This document shows positions 29,416-40,216 of a stretch of 64,000 bases of DNA, in pieces. A program made the translations under genes and the position numbers. Below the pieces are notes generated by a model, which did not search any database, was not told the origin of the DNA, and saw only the letters and a list, made by a program, of their open reading frames with translations. The stretch comes from Candidatus Omnitrophota bacterium (lineage in GTDB: Bacteria > Omnitrophota > Gorgyraeia > Gygaellales > Profunditerraquicolaceae). The DNA is taken from contig JAGVER010000003.1 of NCBI GenBank assembly GCA_020058085.1, positions 3,708 to 67,707 of the forward strand, given 5' to 3'. The first letter of the stretch is position 1. Each line of letters opens with the position of its first letter.

Positions 29416-30670
29416 ATTAATTATTGAAGGTGGAGTAAAACTTAAGGGTGAAGTGATTATCTCGGGGGCTAAGAATTCGGTTCTACCGATTATGGCTGCT
29501 ACATTGCTTACTGATGATGCTTGTCTGATTAAAGGCGTTCCGGAATTACGGGATACTAACACTATGGTCAAGATATTACGCTCTTTAGGTAAAGGAGTTG
29601 AATTTAATAAGGGGATGGTAACAGTCGCCACTCTTAAAAATACAAATTATGTTGCGGATTATAAGCTTGTTTCTACTATGCGCGCTTCTTTTTGTGTTTT
29701 GGGCCCACTTTTGGGGAAGTTAAAAAAAGCCAAGGTTTCTCTCCCTGGAGGATGTATTATTGGTGTGCGCCCGGTTGATTTACATTTAAAAGGAATAAAA
29801 GCTTTGGGCGCAGAGATAAGTATTGATTCGGGTTATGTCTTGGCAAAAGCCAAGAAATTAAAAGGTACTCATATTTATTTGGGTGGTGTTTATGGCTCTT
29901 CGGTATTAGCCACTGATAATGTTATGATGGCTGCGGTTTTAGCTTCTGGTAAGACTATAATTGAAGCCGCTGCATGTGAACCCGAAGTAGTGGATTTAGC
30001 GGAATTTTTGAATAAAATGGGCGCAAAGATTAGCGGCCATGGAACGCCAACCATAGAGATTGAAGGAGTTAAGCATCTGCACGGCGCAACACATACAATT
30101 ATCCCGGATAGAATTGAGGCAGGGACGATGATTTTGACCGCACTGATTACTAAAGGCGATATTATTATTAAGAATGTGTTGCTGCGGCACTTGGGCGCTT
30201 TAATCGATAAGTTAGAAGAGGCAGGTGTTAATATAATTAAAACGGATAATTCTATACACGTAAGTTATAAAAGGCCACTTAAAGCAGTGAATATTACCAC
30301 ACTTCCTTATCCGGGATTTCCTACTGATATGCAGGCGCAGATGATGAGCCTAATGTGCGTTACCCCAGGGATAACTATAGTGACCGAAAAGATTTACCCG
30401 GATAGGTTTATGCATGTTGCTGAACTTAACCGTATGGGCGCGCATATTCAGCGTGAGGGCCCCCATGCTATTGTCGAAGGTATTGAAAAATTATCCGGCG
30501 CGCCTGTTATGGCTTCGGATTTACGCGCTTCAGCATCGCTCGCATTGGCAGGCCTTGCAGCATCAGGTAAGACATCAATATCAAGGATATATCATCTTGA
30601 GCGCGGTTATGAAAATATCGAGAGTAAATTAGAGAAATTAGGTGCTAAGATTTGGAGAGAAAAAGAATGA
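29408..30670 (+). CDS. murA: UDP-N-acetylglucosamine 1-carboxyvinyltransferase
   Basis: [14 protein letters not shown] and the active-site Cys loop [15 protein letters not shown]. Confidence 0.95.
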   Translation: MDKLIIEGGVKLKGEVIISGAKNSVLPIMAATLLTDDACLIKGVPELRDTNTMVKILRSLGKGVEFNKGMVTVATLKNTNYVADYKLVSTMRASFCVLGPLLGKLKKAKVSLPGGCIIGVRPVDLHLKGIKALGAEISIDSGYVLAKAKKLKGTHIYLGGVYGSSVLATDNVMMAAVLASGKTIIEAAACEPEVVDLAEFLNKMGAKISGHGTPTIEIEGVKHLHGATHTIIPDRIEAGTMILTALITKGDIIIKNVLLRHLGALIDKLEEAGVNIIKTDNSIHVSYKRPLKAVNITTLPYPGFPTDMQAQMMSLMCVTPGITIVTEKIYPDRFMHVAELNRMGAHIQREGPHAIVEGIEKLSGAPVMASDLRASASLALAGLAASGKTSISRIYHLERGYENIESKLEKLGAKIWREKE

Positions 30671-31233
30671 TACTGATGATTGATAATTACGACTCTTTTA
30701 CTTATAACTTAGTCCAATATTTAGGTGGCTTTGGTCAAGAAGTAAAAGTATTTCGTAATGATAAAATAGATTTGGCCAAGATAAAGTCTTTAAAGCCCAA
30801 GGGGATAGTTATTTCACCCGGTCCGGGCCGGCCTGAAGATGCTGGAATATCTTGCGCGGTTATAAAAGAATTCTCCGGAAAGATTTCTATTCTCGGTGTT
30901 TGCCTCGGGCATCAGGCAATAGGTTATTCTTTCGGAGGCAAGATTATCGGGGCAAAAAAACTTATGCATGGTAAAACTTCATTAATATACCATAATAAGA
31001 AAGATATATTCCATAATATTCCCAACCCTTTTTTAGCAACGCGGTATCATTCATTAATCGTAGAGAGAAAGAGTCTGCCTAGTTCTCTTCAAGTGATAGC
31101 AGAGACAGAAGAGAAAGAGATTATGGGGTTAAAACACAAAGATTATCCTCTTTGGGGTGTGCAATTTCATCCGGAGTCTATTCTTACAAGTTCGGGTAAA
31201 GATATCTTAAATAATTTTATTAAATTATGCTGA
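30667..31233 (+). CDS. trpG: Anthranilate (or aminodeoxychorismate) synthase glutamine amidotransferase component (ATG 30667 overlaps the murA stop)
   Basis: [29 protein letters not shown] catalytic Cys, and GVQFHPES. Confidence 0.9.
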   Translation: MILMIDNYDSFTYNLVQYLGGFGQEVKVFRNDKIDLAKIKSLKPKGIVISPGPGRPEDAGISCAVIKEFSGKISILGVCLGHQAIGYSFGGKIIGAKKLMHGKTSLIYHNKKDIFHNIPNPFLATRYHSLIVERKSLPSSLQVIAETEEKEIMGLKHKDYPLWGVQFHPESILTSSGKDILNNFIKLC

Positions 31234-32234
31234 TTAAAGAAGCGATCAAGAGGTTGGCTCAGAAAAGAGATTTAGATAGAGAGCAGATGCAGGGTGTAAT
31301 GCTGGAGATATTAGGCGGGGTAACTGATAATGCCGATATAATTGCCTTTCTTACGCTTTTAAACGATAAAGGCGAAACGGTTGAGGAATTGACAGCGGCG
31401 ATAGAGTCAATGCTTAAATATGTTGATCCTATTATTGTTGACCGGCCGAATATATTAGATACTTGCGGCACGGGGGGAGATAGGAAAGGAACATTCAACA
31501 TTTCAACCATTACTGCTTTCGTAGCAAGCGGGGCAGGGGTTTGTGTGGCTAAACACGGCAATCGTTCTGTCTCAAGTAAGTGCGGAAGCGCGGATATATT
31601 GGAGGCTTTAGGTGTAAATATTAATATGAGTAAGGAAAAAATAAAAAAATGCCTGGAAGAGATCGGAATCGCTTTTTTATTTGCTCCTAACTTTCATCCA
31701 GCGATGAAAAATGTTATGCCTGCGCGCCGTAAGATTGCCACGAAGACTATGTTTAATATCCTAGGGCCATTGATTAATCCTGCGCGTGCGACAAATCAAT
31801 TAATCGGTGTTTATAGCCATAAGTGGACCAAAATTTTAGCACGAGTCTTATATAACTTAGGTACTAAACATGTTTTGGTAGTTCATGGTAAGGATGGCTT
31901 GGATGAAGTAACCACGACTGATAAGACTATTATCTCCGAGGTCTCTGATGGTAAGTTTAAGGATTATGAAATTGCCCCCGAGGACTTTGGTTTTAAGAGG
32001 GCTTCTTCAGAAGATCTTATTGGTGGAGATGCTAAGGAGAATGTAGGCATTGTTATGGATGTTTTGAATGGGAGATCCGGATTTAAGCGAGATATAGTTT
32101 TGTTAAACTCTGGTTGCGCCATATATGCCTCGGATAAAGCTAAATCAATAGAGGAGGGGATAAAACTGGCAAAGGAATCAATAGATAGCGGGGCAGCATT
32201 AAAAAAGTTAGGTTTATTAAAGGAGTATTCTTAA
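31227..32234 (+). CDS. trpD: Anthranilate phosphoribosyltransferase
   Basis: [38 protein letters not shown]. Confidence 0.95.
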   Translation: MLIKEAIKRLAQKRDLDREQMQGVMLEILGGVTDNADIIAFLTLLNDKGETVEELTAAIESMLKYVDPIIVDRPNILDTCGTGGDRKGTFNISTITAFVASGAGVCVAKHGNRSVSSKCGSADILEALGVNINMSKEKIKKCLEEIGIAFLFAPNFHPAMKNVMPARRKIATKTMFNILGPLINPARATNQLIGVYSHKWTKILARVLYNLGTKHVLVVHGKDGLDEVTTTDKTIISEVSDGKFKDYEIAPEDFGFKRASSEDLIGGDAKENVGIVMDVLNGRSGFKRDIVLLNSGCAIYASDKAKSIEEGIKLAKESIDSGAALKKLGLLKEYS

Positions 32235-32235
32235 G

Positions 32236-33027
32236 ATGAAGAGTGTAGATACTTTAAAGGATATTTTAACTAAGAAAAAAGAAAGGATTGCTTTAGCTAA
32301 ACAAGGTATAGCGGAGGAAGAATTAAAAGTAAGGGTTCAAGGTTTGCTTCCTACCCGGCCGTTTATTGAAGTAATCAATAAGCCGCGCCAGATTTCGCTT
32401 ATCGCCGAGATTAAAAAAGCTTCTCCTTCGCAAGGGGTTATCCGTCAGGATTTTAATCATATTGAGATTGCCAAGGCCTATCAGGATTCCGGAGTTCAGG
32501 CTATATCGGTTTTAACCGAGGAAGATTACTTTTTGGGGAATATAGCTTATATTAATGAAGTAAAAAATTTAACCACGGTTCCCATCTTAAGAAAAGATTT
32601 TATTCTCGAGCCGTATCAGATCTATGAGTCACGTTTTTATGGAGCGGACGCAGTATTGTTGATTGCAAGTTTGCTTACGCAGGATGAGATACTCCAGTTT
32701 TCAAGACTAGCTGATGAATTAGGTATGGATTCATTAGTTGAGGTGCATAATGAAAAAGAGCTTAAGAAAGTATTAAAACTAAAAGGCATACCACTTATCG
32801 GAATTAATAATCGCGATCTGCGTACCTTAGAGGTTGATCCTAAAACCGTTGAAAAGCTATTCCCGCTTCTCCCAAAAGACAAGGTAGTAGTCGTGGAGAG
32901 TGGGATTAAAACAGCGCAAGATGTATTATTCTTGAAAATTTTCGGGATAAATGCCATCTTGGTTGGAACGACCTTTATGCAAGCTCCCGAAATAAAGAAA
33001 AGCGTGGAAGGGTTGATGGGGTGGTGA
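32236..33027 (+). CDS. trpC: Indole-3-glycerol phosphate synthase
   Basis: IAEIKKASPSQG, LRKDFI, GINNRDL. Confidence 0.95.
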   Translation: MKSVDTLKDILTKKKERIALAKQGIAEEELKVRVQGLLPTRPFIEVINKPRQISLIAEIKKASPSQGVIRQDFNHIEIAKAYQDSGVQAISVLTEEDYFLGNIAYINEVKNLTTVPILRKDFILEPYQIYESRFYGADAVLLIASLLTQDEILQFSRLADELGMDSLVEVHNEKELKKVLKLKGIPLIGINNRDLRTLEVDPKTVEKLFPLLPKDKVVVVESGIKTAQDVLFLKIFGINAILVGTTFMQAPEIKKSVEGLMGW

Positions 33028-33632
33028 GAGTAAAGATTTGCGGAATTACTAATTTAGAGGATGCCTTAGCTGCGTTTTTTAGCGGTGCGGATGCCATAGG
33101 TTTTGTATTTTACAAGAAAAGCCCGCGTTATATTGATCCGATAAAAGCCAGAAATATATCGCGTATCTTGCCTAAAAAGATAATTAAGGTTGGAGTATTT
33201 GTTGATGAAAAAGAGGGCAAGATTAGGGGTATCTCTAAAATGTGCGCTTTGGATATGCTGCAGTTTCATGGTAGCGAATCGCCGGAATTCTGTTCTAGAT
33301 TTAAAGGATATAAGATTATTAAGGCTTTCAGGATTGAGGATAAGTTGGAATTAGCGAAATTAAAAAAGTATAAGACATTTGCTTATCTTTTTGATACTTT
33401 TTCTAAATATAAAGCCGGAGGCACAGGAAGAAAGTTTGATTGGAATTTATTGCGGGAAAAGAGTAGAATAAAGCGTCCGGTTTTCTTGTCCGGAGGATTA
33501 AATATAAGGAATATAAAGTCTGCGTTAAGAGAGGTTAATCCGGATTGGGTGGATGTTTCTAGTTCAATTGAATATAAGCCGGGTAAAAATGATCATAGAA
33601 AAATCCGGAATTTTATGAGAGTGATAAAATGA
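33021..33632 (+). CDS. trpF: Phosphoribosylanthranilate isomerase
   Basis: [35 protein letters not shown]. Confidence 0.9.
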   Translation: MVRVKICGITNLEDALAAFFSGADAIGFVFYKKSPRYIDPIKARNISRILPKKIIKVGVFVDEKEGKIRGISKMCALDMLQFHGSESPEFCSRFKGYKIIKAFRIEDKLELAKLKKYKTFAYLFDTFSKYKAGGTGRKFDWNLLREKSRIKRPVFLSGGLNIRNIKSALREVNPDWVDVSSSIEYKPGKNDHRKIRNFMRVIK

Positions 33633-34834
33633 AAAATAATTTGATCAATAAGAAGTTACCGGACAGGCTAGGGCATTTTGCGGAGTTTGGTGGCAGATTT
33701 GTTCCAGAAACGCTTATTTTTGCCTTAGATGAGTTGGAGAAGGAGTATGCCAAAGCAAGGCGGGATAAGAAATTCATCTGCGAATTAGATTATTATTTAA
33801 GAGAATACGCCGGCAGGCCCACCCCGTTATATTTTGCTAAGAACCTAAGTAAATATTTAGGGATACGTAAAATATATTTAAAGAGGGAAGACCTTCTACA
33901 TACAGGCGCGCATAAGATAAATAATACTTTGGGCCAGGCGCTTTTAGCCTTAAGGATGAAAAAGCCTAGGGTCATTGCTGAGACTGGGGCAGGCCAGCAT
34001 GGGGTTGCTACTGCTACTGTAGCCGCGCTCTTTGGTTTAAAATGTGATATCTATATGGGTGAAGAAGATATGGAGCGTCAGAAACCCAATGTTTTTAGGA
34101 TGAAACTTCTCGGCGCTAAGGTGATCCCTGTTAGAAATGGCTCTAAGACTCTCAAAGACGCGATGACCGAAGCTTTACGTGACTGGGTTACTAATGTTTG
34201 TGATACTCATTATATCATCGGCACTGTTGCCGGGCCGCATCCTTATCCTATGCTAGTCAGGGATTTTCAGGCGGTTATCGGTAAAGAAACAAAGCAGCAG
34301 CTTAAAACACAAGAAAATAGGTTGCCGGATTATTTAGTTGCCTGTGTAGGCGGCGGAAGCAATGCCTTAGGATTATTCCATCCATTCTTTAAAGATAAGA
34401 AAGTAAAGTTTATAGGAGTGGAGGCAGGCGGAAGAGGGTTATCTTTAGGCGAGCATGCAGCGACGTTAGTCAATGGGAAGATCGGCGTATTACATGGTTC
34501 AAAGTCCGGGTTGCTGCAGAATGATTCAGGACAGGTTAGCCCTACGCATTCTATTTCCGCGGGATTGGATTATCCCGGAGTTGGCCCGGAGCATGCTTAT
34601 TATAAGAAAATAGGCCGCGCCGAATATTTTGCGGTTAATGATAAAGAGGCTTTAGCGGGTTTTGAGTTGCTCTCTAAATTAGAAGGTATAATTCCGGCGT
34701 TAGAATCTGCTCATGCAGTGGCTTATTTAAAGAAAATGCCTAAGAATAAAATTAGGGATGCTATTGTTGTTGTCTGTTTATCCGGCAGGGGAGATAAAGA
34801 TTTAGGGATCGTCACCCGGGAACTAAAAATATGA
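33629..34834 (+). CDS. trpB: Tryptophan synthase beta chain
   Basis: [12 protein letters not shown]-lysine motif, [16 protein letters not shown]. Confidence 0.95.
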   Translation: MKNNLINKKLPDRLGHFAEFGGRFVPETLIFALDELEKEYAKARRDKKFICELDYYLREYAGRPTPLYFAKNLSKYLGIRKIYLKREDLLHTGAHKINNTLGQALLALRMKKPRVIAETGAGQHGVATATVAALFGLKCDIYMGEEDMERQKPNVFRMKLLGAKVIPVRNGSKTLKDAMTEALRDWVTNVCDTHYIIGTVAGPHPYPMLVRDFQAVIGKETKQQLKTQENRLPDYLVACVGGGSNALGLFHPFFKDKKVKFIGVEAGGRGLSLGEHAATLVNGKIGVLHGSKSGLLQNDSGQVSPTHSISAGLDYPGVGPEHAYYKKIGRAEYFAVNDKEALAGFELLSKLEGIIPALESAHAVAYLKKMPKNKIRDAIVVVCLSGRGDKDLGIVTRELKI

Positions 34835-35619
34835 ACCGTATAGAAAAGAAGTTTAAGGAACTAAAAAAATCTAAGCAAAAGGCGTTCATTGCCTTCATTA
34901 CTGCCGGTTACCCCAGTTTGAATATCACTGAAAAGCTGGTTGTAGAATTTGAGAGATCCGGCGTAGATATTATAGAATTGGGCGTGCCTTTCTCTGATCC
35001 TATGGCTGATGGCCCAATAATCCAAGAGGCATCCTGCGAAGCGCTAAAGAAAAATATCCGGCTTGTTGATATTTTGAGTTTAGTGAAAAAATTACGCAAA
35101 AGGGTAAATATCCCTATAATACTTATGACTTATTATAATCCTATATTTTCTTTAGGCGATAATAAATTCATTAGCATGGCTGTAGAGTCGGGAGTGGATG
35201 GGGTGATTATTCCTGATCTTCCTGCTGATGAAGGAAAAGATTTTATTCTCAAAGCTAACAAATCCGGATTAAATAATATCTGCTTTATCTCTCCCACGAC
35301 AAGCCTTAGACGGATAAAGTTTATTTCTGCTCTAGCCAGAGGTTTTATTTATTATGTTTCTTTAGCCGGGGTTACGGGCATTCGCAAAGCCATTGCCTCT
35401 AATCTGAAACAGAATATCAAAAGAATCAAACGATATACAGATAAACCCCTATGTGTTGGTTTTGGTGTATCCAGCAGTGAACAGGTGAGAGAGGTTGGAA
35501 GAATAGCTGATGGTGTTATCGTGGGTAGCGCAATCGTAGCCAAGATAAGAGAAAATATTAATAATCCATCTTTGGTTAAAAGAGTAAGTGAATTCGTGCG
35601 GGGGCTAAAGGGGAGATGA
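34831..35619 (+). CDS. trpA: Tryptophan synthase alpha chain
   Basis: [17 protein letters not shown] and GVTG...GFGVS motifs. Confidence 0.95.
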   Translation: MNRIEKKFKELKKSKQKAFIAFITAGYPSLNITEKLVVEFERSGVDIIELGVPFSDPMADGPIIQEASCEALKKNIRLVDILSLVKKLRKRVNIPIILMTYYNPIFSLGDNKFISMAVESGVDGVIIPDLPADEGKDFILKANKSGLNNICFISPTTSLRRIKFISALARGFIYYVSLAGVTGIRKAIASNLKQNIKRIKRYTDKPLCVGFGVSSSEQVREVGRIADGVIVGSAIVAKIRENINNPSLVKRVSEFVRGLKGR

Positions 35620-36893
35620 AACCAGTGTATAAAAAAAGCATATTGAATAACGGATTGAAAATAATCGTACATCGTATGCCTGCAAGGCAGTCAGTATCTT
35701 TGGGCATCTGGATAAAGGTCGGGGGGAGATATGAGAATAGCGGTAATAAAGGGATAGCGCATTTTTTAGAGCATCTTCTTTTCAAGGGGACTAAGAAATA
35801 TTCTTGTCGTAAGCTTAAGGAATCTATTGAGGGTGTTGGTGGGTCTCTTAATGGTTTTACCTCGGAAGAGTTAACTTGTTATTTAGTTAAGATGCCCGGT
35901 GTTTATTTAGAAAAGGCGCTTCATATTCTCTCAGATATGGTGATTCAGCCTACTTTACCCAGCCTTGAGATCAAGAAAGAGAAGACTGTTATTTTGGAAG
36001 AGCTCAAGATGTACCGGGATCTCCCGCAAAGCTATGTATATGAGCTTTTAGATGAATTATTATGGCCAAAGCAACCATTAGGAGCACCGATTATAGGTAC
36101 GGTTGGTTCAGTCAGCCGGATGTGCAGGAAAGAAATTATTTCATTTAAAGAAGATTGTTATACTGCTTCAAATATGGTGATTAGCGCGGCTGGAGAACTA
36201 GACGAAGAAAAATTAAAAGATGGGGTAGCTAAAATTTTTTCTCGTCTTCCCATGAAGCGTGAAAATATTTTTCTTAACGCAGAAGAAAGACAGGATGAAG
36301 TAGGACTCAAGGTATTCTATAAGGAGACCGAGCAAACGCATATGGCATTAGGTTTTAGGAGTTTTAAGCGCGGCCATCCTTTAAGGCATGCCTTAGGTTT
36401 GCTGCACATTATACTAGGTGCAAATATGTCTAGCCGACTTTTTGATGAGGTAAGGGAGAAAAGAGGCTTGGCTTATGAAATTGGGACGGCGGTTAAACGT
36501 TTTTATGACACCGGGGCTTTTTTAGTGCACGCCGGTATTGACAATCAGAAAGTCTATAACGCTATCCCTTTAATTTTGAGAGAACTTAGCAAGACTAGAG
36601 ATGATTTAGTAACTAATGATGAGTTTAGGAGGGCTAAAGAGTTTTATCTAGGGCAATTGAAATTAGGGCTTGAAGATACAATGGAGCATATGCTTTGGAT
36701 AGGCGAGACTACTACTACTTTAGATAGAACCTATTCCTTAGATGAAATTATTGCTGAAGTTGATTCTGTTACAAGAGCCGATATCCGTGAAGTTGCCAGA
36801 GAGGTCTTTAAGAATAATAATCTTAACTTAAGTTTGATCGGTCCGCTTAAAGGCTCGGAAGATAAAATACGTAAGCAGCTTGTTTTAAGCTAG
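35616..36893 (+). CDS. M16-family zinc peptidase (insulinase/PqqL-like)
   Basis: Inverted zinc motif HFLEHLLFKGT (HxxEH). Confidence 0.85.
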   Translation: MKPVYKKSILNNGLKIIVHRMPARQSVSLGIWIKVGGRYENSGNKGIAHFLEHLLFKGTKKYSCRKLKESIEGVGGSLNGFTSEELTCYLVKMPGVYLEKALHILSDMVIQPTLPSLEIKKEKTVILEELKMYRDLPQSYVYELLDELLWPKQPLGAPIIGTVGSVSRMCRKEIISFKEDCYTASNMVISAAGELDEEKLKDGVAKIFSRLPMKRENIFLNAEERQDEVGLKVFYKETEQTHMALGFRSFKRGHPLRHALGLLHIILGANMSSRLFDEVREKRGLAYEIGTAVKRFYDTGAFLVHAGIDNQKVYNAIPLILRELSKTRDDLVTNDEFRRAKEFYLGQLKLGLEDTMEHMLWIGETTTTLDRTYSLDEIIAEVDSVTRADIREVAREVFKNNNLNLSLIGPLKGSEDKIRKQLVLS

Positions 36894-36899
36894 ACAAAT

Positions 36900-37889
36900 A
36901 TGAATAATATACCCGTAATAATATTGTTTATAATCTTGGCGGTAGTTTCATTCTTTCTTTCTGCATCCGAAACATCTATTATCGCCTTAAGCAAGATACG
37001 CTTACGTCATATGATTGTCCAAGGAATTAAAAGAGCGCAGAGTGTTCAAAACTTAGTAACTAAAATAGATAAGTTTATTGCTGCCATACTGATCGGCAAT
37101 AATTTTGTGAATATCGCCATGTCCGCGATTATAACTGCATTATGTATACCTATATTTGGGTTTAAATGGGGTACTATTGTAGCGACTTTTGTTACGGCAT
37201 TCTTTGTGCTTGTCTTTTGTGAGATTACTCCTAAAATGCTTGCTACGAAACATACGGATAAGATTGCGCTTTTGTTCGCCCCTATTATGGAAAGATTTAT
37301 GAAAGCGCTTAACCCTTTATCTAACTTTTTTATCGGCATTAGCAATTTTTTGCTTAAGATATTCAATGTCAGCTCGACTAAACGTTCACCTTTGATAACT
37401 GAAGAAGAGCTTAAGCTCATGATCGAAATTGGCAAAGAGGAAGGGGTCTTGAGTGACGAAGAAAGAAAAATGCTTCATCGCATCTTTGAATTTGGGGATA
37501 CTAAGGTTAGCGACGTTATGGTCCACAGGGATAAGATGATTTCAGTCAACATAAATACTACTTCTGAGGAGCTCTTGAACTTGTTTGTCGAAGAGGGGCA
37601 TGCCCGGCTCCCGGTATATAACGGAACTATTGATAATATTGTCGGGGTTATTTATGCCCGTGATCTGCTTTATATATTAAGGGATAAGGGGTTGTTTTTG
37701 CTGCAGGACCTTATACATAAAGCCTATTATATACCAGAAAATATGCGTGTTAATGAATTATTACGTAGGTTTCAGGCGAATAAGATTCAGATGGCCATAG
37801 TAGTAGATGAGTTTAATAAAGCGCTGGGCTTGTTAACTCTTGAGGATTTGGTTGAAGAGATTGTTGGTGAGATAGAAGAAGAGAGCTAG
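36900..37889 (+). CDS. CNNM/DUF21 transmembrane protein with tandem CBS domains (TlyC/CorC-type, lacks the CorC_HlyC C-terminal domain)
   Basis: Four N-terminal TM helices with SASETSI, followed by a CBS pair (VSDVMVHRDKM..., ARLPVY). Confidence 0.8.
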   Translation: MNNIPVIILFIILAVVSFFLSASETSIIALSKIRLRHMIVQGIKRAQSVQNLVTKIDKFIAAILIGNNFVNIAMSAIITALCIPIFGFKWGTIVATFVTAFFVLVFCEITPKMLATKHTDKIALLFAPIMERFMKALNPLSNFFIGISNFLLKIFNVSSTKRSPLITEEELKLMIEIGKEEGVLSDEERKMLHRIFEFGDTKVSDVMVHRDKMISVNINTTSEELLNLFVEEGHARLPVYNGTIDNIVGVIYARDLLYILRDKGLFLLQDLIHKAYYIPENMRVNELLRRFQANKIQMAIVVDEFNKALGLLTLEDLVEEIVGEIEEES

Positions 37890-37917
37890 ACCAAATCTTA
37901 TTGTGCTTAAATAAAAA

Positions 37918-37946
37918 TTGACCTTTTTTGTTTAAAGTTGTATAAT
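37918..37946 (+). promoter_or_regulatory. Sigma70-type promoter for the zinc-ribbon/rsfS/argS unit
   Basis: TTGACC, a 17-bp spacer, then TATAAT. Confidence 0.7.
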
Positions 37947-38027
37947 CTAGAAATAGTAACTAAGAAGCTTGACTACGACGCCTATTAAGGGCTCCATGAA
38001 TCAAGCGCTCATTAAGGGAGGAATAAA

Positions 38028-38177
38028 ATGGCAGAAACAGGTTATTGCGTGAAATGTAAGGGTAAGAAAGAGATGAAGGATGAACAGAAGGTAACGATGA
38101 AGAACGGCCGTTCGGCGATGAAGGGAAAATGTACTTCTTGCGGGACAGGCATGTATAAGATTTTAGGGAATAAATAA
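38028..38177 (+). CDS. 49-aa zinc-ribbon protein (CxxC...CxxC); below the ORF-track size cut-off
   Basis: MAETGYCVKCKGKKEMKDEQKVTMKNGRSAMKGKCTSCGTGMYKILGNK. It has a strong RBS (AAGGGAGG) and a consensus promoter at 37918-37946. Confidence 0.7.
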   Translation: MAETGYCVKCKGKKEMKDEQKVTMKNGRSAMKGKCTSCGTGMYKILGNK

Positions 38178-38200
38178 TTTATTAGGATAGGAAGAGGTAG

Positions 38201-38563
38201 GTTAAAATAGAAACAAAAAATTTAGCTCAAGCGATTGCGAAAGCTGCTAAGTCGAAAAAAGCGCAGAAGGTGGTAATTTTAGATATGCGATATGTTGCTG
38301 CCTTCTGCGATTATTTTGTTATAGCAAGCGGTACTTCTTTACGTCAGGTGAATGCTATCGCTAGGGGCATCGAAGAAGAATTAAGTAAAAATGAAATAAA
38401 GCCGCTTTCTCATGCCTCTTTGAGAGATGAATCAGGTTGGGTAGCCCTCGATTTTGTTTCAGTTATTGCGCATATATTTTATAAGCCGATGCGTGATTTG
38501 TATGCTCTTGAACGCCTCTGGTCTGATGCAAAGAAAGTAAAAGCAATAAAATCCCCCCGATAG
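38201..38563 (+). CDS. rsfS: Ribosomal silencing factor RsfS/iojap; conserved N-terminal helix lies upstream of the first canonical start (GTG 38270)
   Basis: VVILDMRYVAAFCDYFVIASGTSLRQVNAIA...WVALDFVSVIAHIF is the RsfS signature. The 23 codons after the in-frame TAG (38198-38200) encode ETKNLAQAIAKAAKSKKAQK, typical of RsfS helix 1. Confidence 0.8.
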   Translation, partial: VKIETKNLAQAIAKAAKSKKAQKVVILDMRYVAAFCDYFVIASGTSLRQVNAIARGIEEELSKNEIKPLSHASLRDESGWVALDFVSVIAHIFYKPMRDLYALERLWSDAKKVKAIKSPR

Positions 38564-38578
38564 CCTTTTTAAAGATAT

Positions 38579-40210
38579 ATGAAAAAAAATATCCAAGAAA
38601 GAATAATCCAATTAATAAAAGAGTCTTTAAAGGGTTTTGATGGTGGTTTTTCTGAAGAACCCCAATTAGATTTTCCCCAAGATCCAAAGTTTGGAGACCT
38701 CTCTACAAATATCGCAATGCGATTGAGTAAATCGCTTAAGAAGCCGCCACGCGATATTGCGATTAAACTCATGGTTAATATTAATTCTGAAATGGAGGGG
38801 CATGGTTTAAGGGATTATATCAAGGAAGTTAGAGTTGAAGGTGCCGGTTTTATTAATTTTTATCTTAGTGAAAAATATCTTTATGAATCACTTAAGGATA
38901 TATTAACCAGAGAAAAGGAAGCATTACGTGTAGATTTAGGAAAGGGTAAACGGGTATTAATTGAATTTGTGAGCGCGAATCCTACTGGTTCTCTTTCAGT
39001 GGCTCACGCGCGCCAAGCGGCAGTAGGCGATGCCCTTGCGAGCATACTTGAATTCTTGGGTTTTAAAGTGAAGAGGGAGTATTATCTAAACGACGAAGGT
39101 AACCAGATCAATATTCTGGGTAGATCAACTGAACTAAGAATGAAAGAGTTGGCAGGTGAAAAAATAGAATTCCCCGAGAATTATTATCAGGGTGAATATA
39201 TTTATGATATAGCTAAAGAAGCCAAGCAAAAAGGGATTAAGGTAGATGATTTGGGTCATTTTGCCGCGGATTATATTCTCGGTATCATTAAGCGAGAGCT
39301 GGATGATTTTGGAGTAAAATTTGATTCTTGGTATTCGCAGAAGGAGTTAGGCGAGAGCGGCAAGATTGAGAAGGCCTTTGACTATTTAAAGAAAAAAGGC
39401 TTTTTATATGATTCTGACGGCGCGCTCTGGTTTAAATCGACCGATTTTTCTGATGATAAAGACAGGGTGGTTGTAAAGAGCGACGGCTCTCAAACTTACT
39501 TAGCTCCGGATATTGCTTATCATGATGATAAGTATAAGCGCGGCTTTGAATGGTTGATTAATATCTGGGGTCCGGATCACCATGGCTATATTAACCGGCT
39601 TAAATCATCAGTTGCGGCGTTTGGAAGGGATCCGGATTCGCTCTCCATATTAATAGTACAATTGGCTACAATCTTTAGAGATGGTAAGCCAGTTCAGATG
39701 TCTACTCGCCGGGGAGAGTTTATAACCTTAAGAGAAGTTTTAGATGAAGTGGGTAGAGATGCTGCCAGGTTCTTTTTTATGGCAAGACGCACCTCAAGTC
39801 ATCTTGATTTTGACCTTGATATTGCTAAGGAGCAGAGTGCGCAGAATCCAGTTTATTATGTGCAATATGCACATGCCCGTATTCATAGTATTTTACGCAA
39901 TAGTATCGTCAAATTAGGCAAGAATGCTGATCTTTCATTGCTCAAAGAGAAAGAAGAGCTGGCATTGATTAAGAAATTGCTCCAGTTCTCCTATATTTTA
40001 AATATCTGCTTAAGTACCCAGGATCCTTATATGCTCACTGTTTATCTTCAGGAGCTTTCAGAATCATTCCATAAATTTTATGATCTTTGCCGAGTTCTAT
40101 CTGATGACGAACAGCTTACTAAAGCTAGGCTCGCTCTTATCGAAGGGGTAAGGATTGTTATTGCTGCAGGTTTAGATTTATTAGGGGTTTCTAAACCCGA
40201 GAAGATGTAA
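38579..40210 (+). CDS. argS: Arginyl-tRNA synthetase
   Basis: FVSANPTGSLSVAHAR (HIGH region), MSTRRGEF (KMSKS equivalent), and a DALR anticodon-binding C-terminus. Confidence 0.95.
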   Translation: MKKNIQERIIQLIKESLKGFDGGFSEEPQLDFPQDPKFGDLSTNIAMRLSKSLKKPPRDIAIKLMVNINSEMEGHGLRDYIKEVRVEGAGFINFYLSEKYLYESLKDILTREKEALRVDLGKGKRVLIEFVSANPTGSLSVAHARQAAVGDALASILEFLGFKVKREYYLNDEGNQINILGRSTELRMKELAGEKIEFPENYYQGEYIYDIAKEAKQKGIKVDDLGHFAADYILGIIKRELDDFGVKFDSWYSQKELGESGKIEKAFDYLKKKGFLYDSDGALWFKSTDFSDDKDRVVVKSDGSQTYLAPDIAYHDDKYKRGFEWLINIWGPDHHGYINRLKSSVAAFGRDPDSLSILIVQLATIFRDGKPVQMSTRRGEFITLREVLDEVGRDAARFFFMARRTSSHLDFDLDIAKEQSAQNPVYYVQYAHARIHSILRNSIVKLGKNADLSLLKEKEELALIKKLLQFSYILNICLSTQDPYMLTVYLQELSESFHKFYDLCRVLSDDEQLTKARLALIEGVRIVIAAGLDLLGVSKPEKM

Positions 40211-40216
40211 CACGTT

